Shown piece after piece: positions 37,136-48,889 of a stretch of DNA of 62,625 bases. The stretch covers positions 186,001-248,625 of the forward strand of contig BCKZ01000019.1 of assembly GCA_001600815.1 (NCBI GenBank), in the 5' to 3' direction. Numbering within the stretch: position 1 is the first letter of the stretch; each line of letters begins with the position of its first letter. The position numbers and the translations under genes were made by a program. Below the pieces are notes generated by a model. The model ran no database searches, was not told the origin of the DNA, and saw only the letters and a program-made list of their open reading frames with translations. The DNA is from Alloascoidea hylecoeti. Its lineage: Eukaryota.

Positions 37136-39559
37136 TTAAGATATTTTTGAACATGTTTGAATAATTAAATCATAATAACCAAGTAATGTTTTTATTGAAA
37201 CGATATCTGGAGATGACACATCAAATTCAATAAATTTTTGAATTTTTGGAATATTATTTGAATTTAAATTTAAACTTGATTTTAAAAATATTTGTTTTTC
37301 ATTTTGTTCTGTTTTTATTTCAGAATGATCATCATTTTCTTTTTCATTAAAATACCCAATTTTTAATTTATCACCTTTAAAACATTTATTCAAAATTTTA
37401 TTTATATAATCATTTTTATAAATTTTAATAAATTTTTTAGGTATAACATTACCATTTAAACCATATAATAAAAAAAATAAACATTTCATACGATATTTTA
37501 AATCATTTAAAATTTGGAATTGAATATTATTATTATTATTAGAGTTATTGTTAATATGTTCAGAATTAAATAAATTAATATTGTTTGTATAATCTTCTAA
37601 GATTCCATTTTTAATTAAAAAATCCATTTTTGATTCAATTTTAACCATTATAACAAAACCTAATTCAGGTAAGCCTATACTATAATCCGGATTGGAAATT
37701 AATTGATTATTTCCATTTTCATTTTCATTTTCTGGATGATGACTATCATTTTCATTCTCAGTTTCATCATTATAATTTGTAATTGATAAAAGAGATAACC
37801 ATATTTGTAATCTAAACATAAAATCCGATTCAGATTTAGGTATATTAGTTATAAAAGGATATATTATTGAAGATGGGAATTTTATTGATTTTAAAGTTGA
37901 ACAAGTTAATGAAATTAAATAAGTTTGAATATCAACATTTTTCAATTTTAAAAAAGAAGAATTAAAAACAATAAAACACCATTCATAAAATTTTGAAATT
38001 AAATTACTAATATCACAACTTAATGTTTGAGTTCTTATATGATTATCAGCATTAATTAATATTAATAATTGTAATAAAAATTTAAATACTTGTTCAGAAG
38101 TCATATCATTTTCAGATTCATAATCGATTTCATTTTCAACATCACTATTGTTTTTTGATTGAATTTCTAATTTTGATTTTGATTTAAAAACCATTAAATC
38201 AAGATATATTTTTATAACATTTAATAAATCATCTGAATTTGGTATTGAAGCCGCATTATCAAAAGTAGTCATTTTATTTATTAACAATTTTAAATCATCT
38301 TTACCTTTATTCTTTTTAACATTCTCATTCTCATTATCATTAGCAACAATACTATTTGGTTTTAATTTATCAAGTAAATATTCATTTATACCTAAATTTA
38401 ACCAAAATTTTTTAATAAAATTCCAATTTTGAAAATTTAATATACTAATTCTTAATTTTAAAATTTGAAAAAACCATTGTTTTAAATGATTATTAACATA
38501 TAATAAATTATTGAAAAATAAAATATTAATAGTTTTTGATGATAATAAAATTGATTCAATTTCTAAATATAATAAATCAATTGTTGAAAAATATAAATTT
38601 GGATTTTTTAAAATTATTTTATTTGGATCATCATCAATTGTAAAGATTTCTTCATATTTGATATTTGATTTTGATTTTTTTGATTTCAATTTTGAATTTT
38701 CACTTCCATCATTATAAACCTCTTTTAGACATTCTGTAAATAAATAAAATTTTAATCCTCTTCCTTTCATTAAACAACTTTCAAATTCACTTGTATATAA
38801 ATATTCAATATAATTTTCAATCACCTCTTTATTATTATCATTATTATTAAATCTTAACTTTAATGAAATTTCCTTACGTATTAATTCTTTTTTATTATTA
38901 TTAATTTGTTCATTTAATTTTTCTTCCATTAATAACTTTGAAATTTTTGAAGATTCTTTTAAAATTTTTGAATATTTATCATCTGAATGTCTTTTTAGGA
39001 AAGGTGATGTTGATGAAGGAGATTCTTGTGAGGATTTAAAAATATCAAGTAAATTTAAATCATCATTATCATTAGAACTATTACGATTATTGAATGATAA
39101 CTTTCGAAATATATTATTTTCAGTTTTTGGTTTTAGATTTAAATCTAAATTTGTGTTTGTATTTGAGGTAGTTGTCGAAGTTAAAATCCTTCTTTTTTTA
39201 TAAGGAGGAGTTATAGGAGAACTAATATTTCCGATATCATCAATCAAACTAGAATTCCCAAAAGACTTTTGATTTTTCTTTGTGCTTGTGCTTAACAGAG
39301 CATCCAAATCCAAACCAAAATCAAACTTCAAATCTATATCCATACCTAGGTCAGATGAATCAGAGTCTTCACAAGTTTCATCGTTATCATCATCATCATC
39401 ATCATTATCATCAATTTCAATGATTGGTACTTCCTCATCACTATCAGAAACAATAATTATACCATGATCATTTTTATTGACGTTGGTCGATTTTTTATTT
39501 TTTTTCTTGGAAGAATTTTGAAGAAACAAGGACCTGAAAGAAGAAGTGTGAGATGACAT
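37136..39559 (-). CDS. Uncharacterised 807-aa protein with acidic N-terminus, SIM-like motifs and an NLS-like motif
   Basis: Long open frame; IIIVSDSDEE, IIEIDD and PYKKRR. Confidence 0.7.
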   Translation of the reverse strand: MSSHTSSFRSLFLQNSSKKKNKKSTNVNKNDHGIIIVSDSDEEVPIIEIDDNDDDDDDNDETCEDSDSSDLGMDIDLKFDFGLDLDALLSTSTKKNQKSFGNSSLIDDIGNISSPITPPYKKRRILTSTTTSNTNTNLDLNLKPKTENNIFRKLSFNNRNSSNDNDDLNLLDIFKSSQESPSSTSPFLKRHSDDKYSKILKESSKISKLLMEEKLNEQINNNKKELIRKEISLKLRFNNNDNNKEVIENYIEYLYTSEFESCLMKGRGLKFYLFTECLKEVYNDGSENSKLKSKKSKSNIKYEEIFTIDDDPNKIILKNPNLYFSTIDLLYLEIESILLSSKTINILFFNNLLYVNNHLKQWFFQILKLRISILNFQNWNFIKKFWLNLGINEYLLDKLKPNSIVANDNENENVKKNKGKDDLKLLINKMTTFDNAASIPNSDDLLNVIKIYLDLMVFKSKSKLEIQSKNNSDVENEIDYESENDMTSEQVFKFLLQLLILINADNHIRTQTLSCDISNLISKFYEWCFIVFNSSFLKLKNVDIQTYLISLTCSTLKSIKFPSSIIYPFITNIPKSESDFMFRLQIWLSLLSITNYNDETENENDSHHPENENENGNNQLISNPDYSIGLPELGFVIMVKIESKMDFLIKNGILEDYTNNINLFNSEHINNNSNNNNNIQFQILNDLKYRMKCLFFLLYGLNGNVIPKKFIKIYKNDYINKILNKCFKGDKLKIGYFNEKENDDHSEIKTEQNEKQIFLKSSLNLNSNNIPKIQKFIEFDVSSPDIVSIKTLLGYYDLIIQTCSKIS

Positions 39560-39679
39560 TATTTATAATTATCATTATCATGATTCTCAATTATATTTGA
39601 TAAAGAAGAGCAAAAGGTGTAACACACAAAAAAAAAGAATATAATCAGTTACATAAGCACGTATATACAGAAATGTGAA

Positions 39680-40105
39680 TTATGACTGATTTATTAGATA
39701 ATCATCACACTCTTGATTAATAAGCATGGTGAGTTTTAACACAACGCCAACAAAAGAGCCGGCCAAAATGGCTTCAATCAGTAATAATTTCTTGCTTTTG
39801 CGGGCAGATTCTGCGCGAGGACCCCAGTGGCCATAAGCAATGTACCAACTTGATCTTTTTTCGTCCAAAGTCAGGTCTCTCCAGTCGAATTCCATCTGTT
39901 CTTCCAAGTGTAACTGGATCTCCTCCTGGTCCAATTTAGATAAGTTATTCCAGCGTAATGGTAGATTCTTATAAACTGCTGGATTGACTTCTATTGTAGG
40001 GGCGGTTGAACTTTGTCTCGCACATGCTGTTAGAGTTGTTCTGTTCAACTGCGAAAGAGGTTTAAGCAATTGCGATGGAGGTTTGAACAATTTTCGTTTG
40101 AACAT
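39680..40105 (-). CDS. Mitochondrial COX4/Cox5-family paralogue (Mtc3/Gep7-like)
   Basis: Basic presequence-like N-terminus; LPLRW..L...Q.EI...L...M..DWRDLTLDEKRSSWYIAYGHWGPR; single TM and short C-terminus. Confidence 0.75.
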   Translation of the reverse strand: MFKRKLFKPPSQLLKPLSQLNRTTLTACARQSSTAPTIEVNPAVYKNLPLRWNNLSKLDQEEIQLHLEEQMEFDWRDLTLDEKRSSWYIAYGHWGPRAESARKSKKLLLIEAILAGSFVGVVLKLTMLINQECDDYLINQS

Positions 40106-40179
40106 TTTGTAGTTGTGTGGAGGAAGAATCCTCCCTCACCTTTAAATATATTTCATCCTTCACCTCTAAATATATAAAA

Positions 40180-40509
40180 ATGGCATCAACACGTACTGAA
40201 TTCAGACGTTTAGAAGTATGTAATATCATATTAATACTCACTCAATTATTATTTACTGACAATGATTGATAATTATAGACAGCTTGGGATGCTGAGCCTG
40301 AATTTTCAACATCTTTTCCTCTTGAAATACAACCAATATATGCCACGTTCTTAGTTTTAGCATTTATTTTATTCATCGGTGCTGGTCTATTGTCCGATAC
40401 GAAAGGTTTTATAGGATCAACTAAATTCATTATTTATGCCGCTTTTGCAGCTCTCACCTTGGGTTATGGTGCTATTTTCTTAGTTGATTCTTTTGGGGTT
40501 TATACTTGA
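40180..40509 (+). CDS. OST5: Oligosaccharyltransferase subunit Ost5 (88 aa); exons 40180-40215 and 40279-40509
   Basis: Intron GTATGT..TACTGAC..TAG. The spliced protein has two TMs and ends LGYGAIFLVDSFGVYT, matching the Ost5/TMEM258 C-terminus. Confidence 0.85.
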
Positions 40510-40671
40510 TTTTTATCTTTATTTATGTTTATATGCTCTAAATATCTAATATACTAAGTTCCCTCCCAATTAATAATGTAAGTATTAATTAATAAATAAA
40601 TAAGTATGATTAAGATGATGATTAATGATGCAAATAATGAACATGATTATGATGATAATAAATACTATTAA

Positions 40672-41460
40672 TTATGAAGAAAATAGTTCAGGAACAACAT
40701 CAATCAATTCTAAAATATCCCCAATTATAAAATCACTTGCCATTGTACCTGTTTTAATTAATGATTTTCTTTCATTTTCATTTTCAACATAATGAATACA
40801 TTTCCCCCATTTCATTTCTTCATTTGCTGCTTTAATATTAATATAACTATCATCAACAAAATAACATCTTTTTAAATCCATCTCATTATTTGAATCTAAT
40901 CCAGATTCATCCATTGCTCTTTCAAATGATTTTCTCATTGGTTTACAAACTAATGGATATTCTGCATAATTACAATAAGTTATTCCATCAAATAAATCAT
41001 CAATACCTAATATTTTAACAACTCTTAATCCATGATTTTTATAAGCATTTGTAAATAACCATAATTTGCCATTCCCATTATTTTCATTAACTATAACATT
41101 TCTTAAATTAATTAACATTTCTCTTAATTTTAAATCTGGTTTTAAAATATCTTCTAATGGTAATGCATCATCAACTTTTTCATTATAATCCATTGGATCA
41201 ATATCATAATTTTCCATTAATCCTGCTAATGCCATTCCATAAGTTTTATAATATGATAGATGCAATTTTGTTGCTTCATCTAATGATAAATTTAACGTTT
41301 TTGCAAAATAATCTCTTATTTTAAGTCTCATTATTGGGAAAATATTTGCTGAATTATGATATAAACAATTATCAATATCAAAAAAGAAATGAATGCCTTT
41401 TTTTAAAATTTGTTGAGTTTGTTGTTCTTTTGTTAGATCTTCTAGTTTTTCAAATGTCAT
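40672..41460 (-). CDS. HAD-family pyrimidine 5'-nucleotidase (Sdt1/Phm8-like)
   Basis: FFFDIDNCLY, YYKTYG, VDDALPL, WLFTNAYKNHG, CKP and FVDDSYIN. Confidence 0.92.
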   Translation of the reverse strand: MTFEKLEDLTKEQQTQQILKKGIHFFFDIDNCLYHNSANIFPIMRLKIRDYFAKTLNLSLDEATKLHLSYYKTYGMALAGLMENYDIDPMDYNEKVDDALPLEDILKPDLKLREMLINLRNVIVNENNGNGKLWLFTNAYKNHGLRVVKILGIDDLFDGITYCNYAEYPLVCKPMRKSFERAMDESGLDSNNEMDLKRCYFVDDSYINIKAANEEMKWGKCIHYVENENERKSLIKTGTMASDFIIGDILELIDVVPELFSS

Positions 41461-41760
41461 TATGAGTTATACTAATATTTTATATGTATTATGATTTATA
41501 TATTTATGTGTAACAGTGTAAATGTGCTCTCCTTCAGAAAAAAAAAAGTGCGGGTGTTCCTCATAAAATGTAAAATTTAAACTTTTGGGAGGTTTGACTC
41601 ATTTAAATACTTGCGATTGTGAAATGAAACATCCAAGTTATAAACTTCCAGAATCATGGCTGTGTTCGGATAATGACACTTCTTCATGATCATCACGGAT
41701 AACCCGCACGCCTGGAAAAATATATGTAGATTGCTCTTATTAAACTAATTATAGCTAAGT

Positions 41761-43335
41761 TTATACAACATTCATTATATTATATCTTAAAGTATCAATA
41801 AAATCATTCATTTCACTTTTATCATCTAATACACCTTTTAAGCAACTAAAAACAATATTCATACCTCCTTTTTTAGTAGATATTACATTTGCAACAATAT
41901 TTGATCCTTTTGATCCAATACTTTGAGAAAATATCAAATCTTCAACATTCCATTCAAATTTATCATTTTTATTTTCATTTTCAATATTAACTTGTTTGAA
42001 ATTTCTTATTCCTAAATTAGAAATTCTAAAACTATCTGGTCTTGATTTTCCAAGATCATTAATAAATGAATCATCTTTCGATTTAAAAGATTCTAATCCT
42101 TTAAATGAATATCCAACATTCATTAATGATTGTTTATCATTTGAAGTTTTTAGTAAATTTAAATGGGTTTTAATAATTAAATCCCAATTAATTTCAATTT
42201 TTTTATTATCAATTTTTTTTAAATAAAAATCTGCTATTAAATCATAACAATAAGAACCAATATATAATATTGCTCCAAATACCCAATCATAATCATTTTT
42301 TTTAAATTTTATATCATCATCATTTAAAAATTTCCTTGTATTTATTGGAATCATTGATTTAAAATATAATTTTACTTTATCATTATCATTAATTTTTAAA
42401 ATTTTTAAATCAATTAATGTACTTAATATAATAACTTGTAAAAAAGGAGTTATTGTAACATTATGTTCTCTACATTTATTCAATATTATTTTTATTTCAT
42501 CATTTGAAAAATTCATAATTTTTAAATTAATTGGAGTTTCTTGTGATGATAATGAAATCCCTTTCCATTTCCTTAAATTTAAATTTGTTTTAATATTATC
42601 ATTTTCATATAAATGATCCAATTCATTAACATTAATGAATTTTTTAATGAATAATGGTGTATAATTTTTAATTAATTTTTTAATATTAAATGAAAAAGTT
42701 GGTTGATATGTTAAAATTGATTCAATTGGTAATGGTAATGGTTTTAATTTATCAATATCTTTTTCTAAATCAAATAAGACTTCAATAACTTCATTTTCTT
42801 TATCATTTTCATCTTCATTCGATACTTGTTGTAAAGTTTCTAAAAAAACATGATGGAAATTAGCACCAGAATCTCCATCCATATAAACATGTTCACAATA
42901 AAATATAACTTCTTTTTTATTAAATATAATAATTCTAAATAATGGTTCATTTTCATCATTTAATTCAAACTTTTTTTTTTCTAATTCAATTAACATTTCT
43001 TCATTAATTCTTTCATTTAAATCATTTGTATTTTGAAATTCAACAATTTTTTTAAAATGAATTTTTTTTAATGGTTTTAAAAATGGTTCATTATCTTCAT
43101 CTTTATCATCATAAAATATTTGTGTTGTAAGTATTGAATATTTCAATAAAATCTTTCTTAATACTTTTGATAATAAAACTTGATTAATTTCTTTATTATA
43201 TAATCCAGATATTAAAAAATTATTATATTGTTTTGTAATTGATCTTGCTCTGAAATTATCTTCTAATAAACCTAATGGTCTTAAAAGTGATTTTTCTTTT
43301 AATTTATCATTTGAAATACCATCAACTTTAACCAT
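41761..43335 (-). CDS. Alcohol O-acetyltransferase family protein (Atf/Sli1-like)
   Basis: LRPLGLLE, catalytic HxxxDG (EHVYMDGDSG), ISNLG, FSQ and GGMNI. Confidence 0.85.
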   Translation of the reverse strand: MVKVDGISNDKLKEKSLLRPLGLLEDNFRARSITKQYNNFLISGLYNKEINQVLLSKVLRKILLKYSILTTQIFYDDKDEDNEPFLKPLKKIHFKKIVEFQNTNDLNERINEEMLIELEKKKFELNDENEPLFRIIIFNKKEVIFYCEHVYMDGDSGANFHHVFLETLQQVSNEDENDKENEVIEVLFDLEKDIDKLKPLPLPIESILTYQPTFSFNIKKLIKNYTPLFIKKFINVNELDHLYENDNIKTNLNLRKWKGISLSSQETPINLKIMNFSNDEIKIILNKCREHNVTITPFLQVIILSTLIDLKILKINDNDKVKLYFKSMIPINTRKFLNDDDIKFKKNDYDWVFGAILYIGSYCYDLIADFYLKKIDNKKIEINWDLIIKTHLNLLKTSNDKQSLMNVGYSFKGLESFKSKDDSFINDLGKSRPDSFRISNLGIRNFKQVNIENENKNDKFEWNVEDLIFSQSIGSKGSNIVANVISTKKGGMNIVFSCLKGVLDDKSEMNDFIDTLRYNIMNVV

Positions 43336-44025
43336 CTTTATAATAGTTAATTGTATATTGATATTGTTAATATGAGCGACTTCATTGAATTTATAGTATG
43401 ATATGAATCAATATCCTATGATTAAACAATATGACTCACAAGGATATAAATGATCGGCATTGGATTACTAATTATGATAGTGAAACTATAAGTTACTCCA
43501 CTTAATTTAAGCCAATAATTGAATAAAACGATCATCTTTGTGATTAAATGTTCGACCATATTGAAGAAGAATTATCGATTACATGACAACCATGATCTTA
43601 AGCTTAATTAAGCTTACTACCGACTCGGAAGTTGTCAGATTAATCTCAAGTTTCGATTAATATCACAATCGGGGAGATCATTAAATATAAGAATAAGTGC
43701 CAATATGTTCACTGATATCACTATAGGTTATTAATACTTTTAATTTTGATGTACGTAGGTACAGACTCTAATGCCATTAATGTTATAGTCAAATTGATCA
43801 CTATTCATTGCCCAATATCTGCTTATATTATAACTTGTTTACAATGTCAATTCTAAAGTTTATGAAATCATCACTTTAATATTACTTAAAAATTAGTTGG
43901 ATTTAGAAATTGGTTGGAATTGAAATATACTTAAGCCTTCAATTGCAATTGTAATTTTATTACTTCATTCTAATCGTAATCTCATAATTTTGTTATAACG
44001 CGTAAGAATAACTATAGGATCATAA

Positions 44026-44546
44026 TTACCAACTTCCTCCTGAACCACCTTGACCGCCTTGATGTCCTTGGCCAAATCCACTTTGACCTCCCTGATTTCC
44101 TTGACCAAATCCACCTTGGCCACTTTGACCTCCCTGATTTCCTTGACCAAATCCACCTTGGCCACCTGGACCACCTGGACCACCTTCTGGACCACCTGGA
44201 CCACCTTCTTGACCNNNNNNNNNNNNNNNNNNNNNNNNNGACCACCTTCTTGACCACCAAATCCACCTTGATGTCCTTGGCCAAATCCACTTTGACCTCC
44301 CTGATTTCCTTGACCAAATCCACCTTGGCCACCTTGGCCACCCTGATGTCCTTGGCCAAATCCACCTTGGCCTCCTTGATGTCCACCTGGACCACCAGCA
44401 CCATGTTTATTATGACCTGTAAGTTTACCGATTATACCACCAGCCGCTCCTTTAATACCACGTTCTCCATCGCCACCTTGATTGTTTCCGGATCCTTGAT
44501 ATTGGTTGTTATCACGGTCGTTTTGATTATAATCTGATCCACCCAT
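44026..44546 (-). CDS. Gly/Gln-rich repetitive hydrophilin-like protein spanning a small gap
   Basis: GGQGGFGQG(H/N)Q repeats continue past the N-run in another frame and end GGSGGSW-TAA at 44028-44026. The ORF-track Val/Lys tail is a gap-induced frame artefact. Confidence 0.8.
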
Positions 44547-44855
44547 TTTTTTGTATAATTAATATTGTATAATTAAAACAGTTATTGAACAACCATTGGG
44601 AAGTTGAGCTCATTTATAGTCCTTCAGATACCTTATCCTATTAAGAAAACCATTGTATACGAAATAGTATCAATTTCATTATCCTTTCCTTTCTTTTTCC
44701 AATTGAAGTTAATGAAGATCTAAGCCATGGATTATTAAAGAAGAAGAACTCCAGAACGGTCCTTTTTAAAGTTTGCAATTTGAATTCGTGTGTTTGGTGA
44801 TTTCAATCGCAGATCCAATTGCTCTTAAAACAAATGAGCAATTGATGATGTACTT

Positions 44856-44883
44856 TTACGAATTACGAATTACGAATTACGAA
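44856..44883. repeat. (TTACGAA)x4 tandem repeat upstream of the Gly-rich gene
   Basis: Units start at 44856, 44863, 44870 and 44877. Confidence 0.9.
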
Positions 44884-47193
44884 TTCTTACGGATATGATG
44901 ACGGAGACACAAATATTTTTACGGAAATCCTTAATTCTATCGAAAACATTATTTGTGCGCATTCTGATATATACGCCGAGATATGGGTTTCCCTAGTATT
45001 CGAGCAGTTAAACGAGTGTTATCCCATGCCATTGACCACTAGCTATAGTGAGTTTAGTTACCGGTACCCTACAGGTCTAGGTGGTTCATCTGGTAATGTA
45101 ATGTACGGAAATCAACGTTTTTGGAATTGTGGACGGACGAATCAGAAAAAGGCTCACGAACGATAAACCGCCAATTGCAAAATTAATTACACTTTTGAGA
45201 TGTTAGACAAAGGAAATATAATTTTTAAAGAGACTGTGTCGAACCAGTTATGCCAAAAAGCCATATGACCTCTGGTTGACTGATCAAGAGTGAATTCCTT
45301 TGTTCTATATTGGTATTTTTAGCATTAATTATAATAATTACCGTAGTGCTTGTGATATGATGCAAAAAACAGATATCGTGAAAATTCGCTCTTGTCGTGC
45401 TGTGACGAGACCCTTAATTATAATCATAAGACATGTTTAGAGATATGGTGTTTTCTAGTCAACCCTTTCATTACTAACGATAACTTTTTCTAGATCGAGT
45501 TCTACATTATTGATGGGAGTAAGTATTTTTACAACTGTAGGCCTGCACACTATAAAAGATGGTAAAAAATATTTAGCTATGTTTTATGAAGAAAGGCATA
45601 GGTTGGGTATAATTAGTTGAATTTTCAATTTCTGATTCATCCGCCAATATTGAATGATTTCATATTATATTTTACATTTAGAAGAATTGATTCCTTATTT
45701 TAATGTCTTTAAAACATTGTTTATATAAACCTATAATTACAACTTTAGATTATTTTAAAGGATCAACTCACTGATTTTAACTTCTGAATACAATCCATTA
45801 TTCACTGCAATTACACCTTTATAGTAATTCAAAATCAAACTCATAAATTGTAATTCTAACATCAAATAAAGCATCCTATTCAGCTTAAATCTAAACTCCA
45901 CGTTTTTAATAAAGGTTGATTTTATATGAAAAGCTTCATTTGTGTAAATATACAATTAATAAAATTTTGAAATTTGAAAACACTCGAAAAAGCATATCAT
46001 TGAAGATTCTGGACGATGAGTGGAACAAAAGTTTTCTCAGACTATCAACTGGTCTAAATATAAAATTATTAGTACATGTTGAACTGGTTTGGGGGTTTGT
46101 TAAGTCTGTAGAAATCTGTTAATCTACATCATTTTCTTCATACGGTTGGTGATGCTCATCAAGAGCTTCTGTTCAACCTCCTGCCATGTTTTAAAATAAT
46201 CTCGTAATTATATTATTAATATTATGACATTTATTATAGCCAAACTACGATAATACTCGAGCTCAGGATTTTTAGGGTTTCCTTTTTTGCGTGGGATTCA
46301 ATTAAATAGATATAAGAATTACGACTTTATATTTAGTTCATGAATCTGAATTCATTACCAGGAATTAATATTAATAAGATATATTAATATTTCTTTTGCA
46401 AATTGTAGAGAATAGGGATCATAGGTAGAGATTAATATTACCAAAAAGAAAAAATACATAAAGTTATGCCTTCTTTTAAATTGGGCTAAGTTTAGAAGTT
46501 TATAACTGGTAATTTTAATATTTTTTTTTTGGTAATATTAATGTTTTCAGTTGGTATTTTCGTGCATGCAAAAATCCAAAACAGGAATATGCTTAATGTC
46601 TGCGCATGGCTCCATTTCCATTAACAGAAAAGCATCTGGGTGTAAATGTTGTACTCCTAGTTGGTGAAAATATTGCACCTTATTTAATATTATTATGAAT
46701 AATCCTATTAATTATAAATTACATTCCTCAGATGAAGTCAAAACGAACATCATATATTTATATACTCTTGAAATAGATTAGAAATAGTTGCATGCTTCTG
46801 TGATGTAGTTCATTATCAACCATGGTGAATAACAATTTCTATATTATGATAAACATATCAAAAAGAGGTTTTGGTTTGTTAGAGGGAACTATTTAATAGT
46901 TGTTAGCACCACTTTCAACTTCACCTATGGCTATAGCTGGAGTTTAATAAATATTTGATTTGGAGAACTGTAACTATCTTGAAATATAATGAGTTAGACA
47001 AAGTATTATTATAATCCTAGACCTTTAATTAGTAATGAACAATTTTGAAATCGCCGTTTTAAATTTATGGTATCATTATTAGCTACCGAGTTTCTGCTAC
47101 CGGTACCTAGTAATTCATATAACTAGTGTATAACGTAAGTATACCAATAATCAAATATTAATGATTTTACAGAATTAGAAATATAAATTTAAA

Positions 47194-48156
47194 ATGATGA
47201 AATTTAAAAGANNNNNNNNNNNNNNNNNNNNNNNNNNNNNNNNNNNNNNNNNNNNNNNNNNNNNNNNNNNNNNNNNNNNNNNNNNNNNNNNNNNNNNNNN
47301 NNNNNNNNNNNNNNNNNNNNNNNNNNNNNNNNNNNNNNNNNNNNNNNNNNNNNNNNNNNNNNNNNNNNNNNNNNNNNNNNNNNNNNNNNNNNNNNNNNNN
47401 NNNNNNNNNNNNNNNNNNNNNNNNNNNNNNNNNNNNNNNNNNNNNNNNNNNNNNNNNNNNNNNNNNNNNNNNNNNNNNNNNNNNNNNNNNNNNNNNNNNN
47501 NNNNNNNNNNNNNNNNNNNNNNNNNNNNNNNNNNNNNNNNNNNNNNNNNNNNNNNNNNNNNNNNNNNNNNNNNNNNNNNNNNNNNNNNNNNNNNNNNNNN
47601 NNNNNNNNNNNNNNNNNNNNNNNNNNNNNNNNNNNNNNNNNNNNNNNNNNNNNNNNNNNNNNNNNNNNNNNNNNNNNNNNNNNNNNNNNNNNNNNNNNNN
47701 NNNNNNNNNNNNNNNNNNNNNNNNNNNNNNNNNNNNNNNNNNNNNNNNNNNNNNNNNNNNNNNNNNNNNNNNNNNNNNNNNNNNNNNNNNNNNNNNNNNN
47801 NNNNNNNNNNNNNNNNNNNNNNNNNNNNNNNNNNNNNNNNNNNNNNNNNNNNNNNNNNNNNNNNNNNNNNNNNNNNNNNNNNNNNNNNNNNNNNNNNNNN
47901 NNNNNNNNNNNNNNNNNNNNNNNNNNNNNNNNNNNNNNNNNNNNNNNNNNNNNNNNNNNNNNNNNNNNNNNNNNNNNNNNNNNNNNNNNNNNNNNNNNNN
48001 NNNNNNNNNNNNNNNNNNNNNNNNNNNNNNNNNNNNNNNNNNNNNNNNNNNNNNNNNNNNNNNNNNNNNNNNNNNNNNNNNACTTCAAACTATGATTTAC
48101 CTTCTGGGTTTGTTGAAGAAATTTTATTAAATGATAAATATGATCTTGTTTTATAA
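47194..48156 (+). CDS. Putative multicopy orphan protein (MMKFKR...TSNYDLPSGFVEEILLNDKYDLVL); interior unassembled
   Basis: ATG in an A-rich context just before the 870-N gap. The post-gap peptide resembles the C-terminus of 60795-61505 (LPTGFIQGILNND). Length is uncertain. Confidence 0.5.
   Translation: MMKFKRXXXXXXXXXXXXXXXXXXXXXXXXXXXXXXXXXXXXXXXXXXXXXXXXXXXXXXXXXXXXXXXXXXXXXXXXXXXXXXXXXXXXXXXXXXXXXXXXXXXXXXXXXXXXXXXXXXXXXXXXXXXXXXXXXXXXXXXXXXXXXXXXXXXXXXXXXXXXXXXXXXXXXXXXXXXXXXXXXXXXXXXXXXXXXXXXXXXXXXXXXXXXXXXXXXXXXXXXXXXXXXXXXXXXXXXXXXXXXXXXXXXXXXXXXXXXXXXXXXXXXXXXXXXXXXXXXXXXXXXXXXXXXXXXXXTSNYDLPSGFVEEILLNDKYDLVL
47212..48081. other. Assembly gap (870 N)
   Basis: N-run that begins at the same repeat position at which the window ends. 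Confidence 1.
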
Positions 48157-48889
48157 GTTTTTATAATTAATTGGATGGTATATAACTTTACCATATAATT
48201 CTAATATAATGGCATAACCTAGTAATCTAGAAATGAAAATACCAGATACATTTATGTGTGTAGTACTGATATATTGTTCCCGTTTCAACTGGGTTGGTAA
48301 AGTATTGTAATTTATCTTGAGATAGTAGCATAGAATTGGAATTGTGTGTGATAACTAAGGTCTACAGGAAATTGAATCCTCAGTAAACGAAAGCTGTTGT
48401 CTTTAGACTCTTTGTCGTAGGAAAGCTTACACACACTCCTGAACCAATATCTATCAACAATGTTAGGGGGTTTTAAAAATAGATATTCAATAACTTAACC
48501 AAAAAGGAAGAGTTCCCTCAAATGTCTAATACGGTTTTCCTGATTCTCAGATGCTTCCCACTGAGCACTGAGCACAGCGGATTTCCTGAGAGTTCTTCCC
48601 CAAAATTTCTGGATATAATAAAAATTGAGATGAAAGAATATATATATGTAAGATTTAAAACATCATCGAGATCTTGGAAGAAAAAAGTGCCGTGTAGAGA
48701 TGATTTTTACCAGTAATGCACTGAAAGGAATATGAGATCTAGAGGTAACACTATCCCTTATTTGATGATTAGTTTCTGTATGTGGATGAGATTATAAAAT
48801 CATAAAGTTAATATTATAGTATATCTATTTTATCTATTTATCATTGAATTTATAATTATGATTATTAGTTAAATCAATCAATAAAATAT

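Larger units (their letters stand above)
46431..48208 (+). repeat. Cassette copy A: conserved upstream region, ORF (mostly in gap) and 3' flank
   Basis: 46521-46613 matches 61721-61812; 46854-47211 matches 62268-62625; 48129-48208 matches the reverse complement of 60235-60312. Confidence 0.9.

Noticed and set aside
43965..44537. Val/Lys-, Arg/Trp- and Thr/Leu-rich ORFs
   Set aside because: Alternative frames of the Gly/Gln repeat, produced by the gap.
45755..46190. Decayed minus-strand coding-like region upstream of cassette A
   Set aside because: Multiple stops and no visible similarity to the 60795-61505 gene, so it does not support a conserved gene pair.
48420..48475. Minus-strand LLIDIGSG resembling a retroelement protease D(T/S)G motif
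   Set aside because: A single imperfect motif with no supporting context.
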